From Sphingomonadaceae bacterium (GTDB lineage Bacteria > Chloroflexota > UBA6077): 58,760 bases of DNA. Under the pieces are notes generated by a model. It worked only from the letters and a program-made list of their open reading frames with translations, made no database searches and was not told where the DNA came from. The stretch spans positions 1 through 58,760 of the forward strand of contig JBLNDL010000017.1 in assembly GCA_050261575.1 (NCBI GenBank). Reading direction: 5' to 3'. How positions within the stretch are numbered: position 1 is the first letter of the stretch; every line of letters starts with the position of its first letter. This document shows positions 56,224 through 58,760 of the stretch, piece after piece. A program made the translations under genes and the position numbers.

Positions 56224-56766
56224 ATGGCGTACAGGCCAAAGGAAGTGGCCGATCGGTTGGGCATCTCCCCGTCGACCCTGCGGCTCTGGAGCACCCACTT
56301 CGCCTCCCAGCTCAGCGAACAGGCGAACAAGCTCGCACCCGAGGGACCCGGCCATGCTGCCCAACGTCGCTACACTGACGACGACATCGACACCCTCACC
56401 ACGGTCAAGCAGCTCCTCGCCCAAGGACTGACCTACGAAGAGGCCAAGGCCAAGCTGCGACGGCGGCCTCAGCAGCAGGCGGATTCCCGCCCAGAGGCGC
56501 CGCTGCCCACCACTCCGGCGGAGATCGACGCCTCACTTGCGTCGATGCGCGAGGCGCTCGAAGCCAAGGACAAGGCTATCGCCGCCCTCAAGGAATCCCT
56601 GGCATTCATGGACATCTATCTGAGGACCGTGCTTCAAGAGAGGGAGGACGCACGCGCCCGCGAGGGGCACCTGCAGAGGGAGCTCGCCCAACTGCGAGCC
56701 CAGATTCGAGAGACCGATCAAGTGCCGGCTCGACCCTGGTGGAAGCGGCTCCTGGCGCTTCCCTGA
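56224..56766 (+). CDS. MerR-like HTH protein with coiled coil and C-terminal amphipathic helix (RacA-like architecture)
   Basis: KEVADRLGISPSTLRLW...RRYTDDDI, heptad-rich middle, terminal RPWWKRLL. Confidence 0.88.
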   Translation: MAYRPKEVADRLGISPSTLRLWSTHFASQLSEQANKLAPEGPGHAAQRRYTDDDIDTLTTVKQLLAQGLTYEEAKAKLRRRPQQQADSRPEAPLPTTPAEIDASLASMREALEAKDKAIAALKESLAFMDIYLRTVLQEREDARAREGHLQRELAQLRAQIRETDQVPARPWWKRLLALP

Positions 56767-56784
56767 GCGGCCAGCCGCTTGGCG

Positions 56785-58461
56785 CTATGGCGTTTCTGGC
56801 GCCGTCTCAACCGCCATCGCGCTAACGGCGGTCTTGTCTTCGCCGCTCACTGGCTGCTGCGCGCCGCCCTTTCCGCTGTCCCGCACCAACACAGGCGTTC
56901 CCAGCGAAGCCCACTCCCACAGCCACTTCGAGTCCTCCAGATCCAACCCGAGGCAACCGCGGCTTCCGGCGAAACCGAACGTCTCCAGCCAGTAGTTGTA
57001 GTGCAATGCCGCGCCGTCATTGGTGAAGTACTGCGTGTACAGTACGTTCTTCAGCAGGTACCCCTTCTCGCTATCGCGCGGGATACCGATACTCTCGCTG
57101 TCCATGGTCTCGTTCTCGACCCGCCGCTCGATGCGGAAGCTGCCCAGAGACGTCGGCGACCCGTCGACGCCCCTGATGGTTAGCATCGTCCTAACCACCT
57201 TCGATCCCTCGTACGCCGTCACCATGCTAGGCTCGGCCAGGTCGGCGTCGATCCATTTCCCGTTTCTCTGCACCACTGTCTCGATGGGGCGAGGCAACCG
57301 CACCTCACTGGCGAGGATGTACTCTCCGTCCCCCACCTCGTACCACTCGACTCCATCCGGCGTCACCACCGCTCGCCGCACGTGCAGTGGGGTGTTGTTC
57401 GGCGCAGGGCGCAACTCGGTCTCCGCATCCAGCACGGGCATACTCCGCACATAGGCCATCGCCGGCACCGAGATCGCCCGCCCTGGCAAGTCAATCTCCC
57501 TCACCACTCGCATTGCCCTGGGCTGTACCCACACCGAAGGTCCGGCCGGCCCCACAGCCGATGCGTTCACGTACCCGATCAGGTCTTTCTCGGGACTCCA
57601 CACTCGCAGCCGGTCGCCCTTCTGCGGCTCAAGCACCATGAACCGCCGGAACTGCGCAAACCTCCCCAGACTGGGGGCCTCCTTCCCCGGGCCGGCCCAC
57701 AACTCCGTCTCGACGAAGTTTGCGACCCACCATGGCTGATAGCCGGGCGCCACAGCGGGCGGCGTCCTTCCGCCCTCCTTCACCGGTACACTCGCAGGCG
57801 CGGGCCGGCTCGACGGGGGCGGCCCGCTCGGCCCAACCGCGGACGCGTCGATGTAGGCGTAGTTGCTCGTCACAGGGTTCCACACGTACAGCCGCGTCCC
57901 CTGCTGCGGCAGGACCACCCTGAAGTAGCCCCACTGGTCCACTGGCCCGAACGAAATCGCCTTCCCGTCCAGCCCCGACCACAGTTCGGCAACCCGGTGG
58001 TTCTGCACCCACCACGGCTTGAAGCCAGCCGCTCCGCCACCGCCGCCATCTCCGCCGACGGGGGTGGCGGAGCCACCCCGTGCCGTCACCGGAGCCGCGG
58101 CCACGGGAGCGAGGGACAAACCAGCCACCTCCCTCGGAGGCTCGCTGGCAACCACCTCGGTAGCGTCGATGTACGCATAGTTCTTGGTCACCGGATTGTA
58201 GACGAACAGCCTGCCCCCCTTCTCCGGCCCCACAGCCAGGAAGTAGCTGCCGGCCGGCATGCGCCCAAAGGAGACGGCCAACTCGTCCGAGCCGGACCAG
58301 AGTTCGGTCTCCCGTTCGCTTCGCACCCAGCCCCCGCCCTCGGCCCGAGCGAGGGGGGCGAAAGCGAGAACCCCCGCCACGGCCACCAGAGCGGCCAGCA
58401 GGACCGTCTCCACCTTGAGAGCGATCCATCTCCGCCCAAAAGCACACACGGAAGAGAACAT
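56785..58461 (-). CDS. Secreted L,D-transpeptidase family protein with three N-terminal ~65-aa repeats
   Basis: Signal peptide ending ARA. YkuD-like domain KWIDADL...ALHYNYW..FGFAGSRGC. Internal repeats. Confidence 0.88.
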   Translation of the reverse strand: MFSSVCAFGRRWIALKVETVLLAALVAVAGVLAFAPLARAEGGGWVRSERETELWSGSDELAVSFGRMPAGSYFLAVGPEKGGRLFVYNPVTKNYAYIDATEVVASEPPREVAGLSLAPVAAAPVTARGGSATPVGGDGGGGGAAGFKPWWVQNHRVAELWSGLDGKAISFGPVDQWGYFRVVLPQQGTRLYVWNPVTSNYAYIDASAVGPSGPPPSSRPAPASVPVKEGGRTPPAVAPGYQPWWVANFVETELWAGPGKEAPSLGRFAQFRRFMVLEPQKGDRLRVWSPEKDLIGYVNASAVGPAGPSVWVQPRAMRVVREIDLPGRAISVPAMAYVRSMPVLDAETELRPAPNNTPLHVRRAVVTPDGVEWYEVGDGEYILASEVRLPRPIETVVQRNGKWIDADLAEPSMVTAYEGSKVVRTMLTIRGVDGSPTSLGSFRIERRVENETMDSESIGIPRDSEKGYLLKNVLYTQYFTNDGAALHYNYWLETFGFAGSRGCLGLDLEDSKWLWEWASLGTPVLVRDSGKGGAQQPVSGEDKTAVSAMAVETAPETP

Positions 58462-58760
58462 GGAGATGCCACCTCCACAGGCAACTGAAAAGCTCCGCAG
58501 ACCCAATACGACGACGAACAGCGCGAGGCACCCCGGTTGCGCTGGCCCGCATCAATCCTGGGAAAAGAGAAGAGAGTCCGAGTGGACTCACGGTCTATTG
58601 TTGCATCTTCCAACTGGCACGTCAATACGCCAGCGTAGAGCCCTAATCCGTGGATTCGGATAGGGGCAGGGCGTGGGGATGGTGAAATGAGGGGTCTGAA
58701 GACTGAGTCGCGGTGTGTGAGGGGGAGAGCAGGCGGAAAGCAACGGCGAAGGGGCAGGCA

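Noticed and set aside
58462..58760. c-di-AMP or other riboswitch upstream of the L,D-transpeptidase
   Set aside because: There is a long leader after a weak promoter (TTGACG-17-AACAAT), but no aptamer consensus could be recognised by eye.

Overview
A 58.8 kb, high-GC (roughly two-thirds G+C by eye) stretch of bacterial chromosome. The gene repertoire suggests a Chloroflexota-type organism (inference, not checked). About 54 genes are present. They include a purine cluster (purQ-L-F-M-N-[DUF4388-like]-purH), birA, hsp20-lon-groEL, pyk, a PASTA kinase, a cadA/ArsR metal-efflux pair with a perfect operator, and an MttB-family methyltransferase with an ABC binding protein. There is also an Lrp-led catabolic operon (two flavoproteins, TctCBA, a beta-hydroxyacid dehydrogenase, RpiB) and several peptidoglycan-related proteins. 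I saw no rRNA, tRNA, CRISPR array, transposase or integrase. The most notable unexplained signals are: (1) a HisRS paralog with degenerate ATP/His motifs, no insertion domain, but an intact anticodon domain; (2) a ~200-nt structured transcription unit upstream of birA with a 14-nt match to the 16S 3' end and a 23-codon ORF; (3) several families of short palindromic repeats, including a 70-bp element in four copies and elements inserted in-frame into PurM, PurL and PurQ; (4) a RacA-like HTH/coiled-coil protein with repeated upstream motifs; (5) the uncharacterised flavoprotein/TTT catabolic locus. Family assignments come from motif recognition by eye. Many start codons were moved from the ORF track on the basis of Shine-Dalgarno positions.
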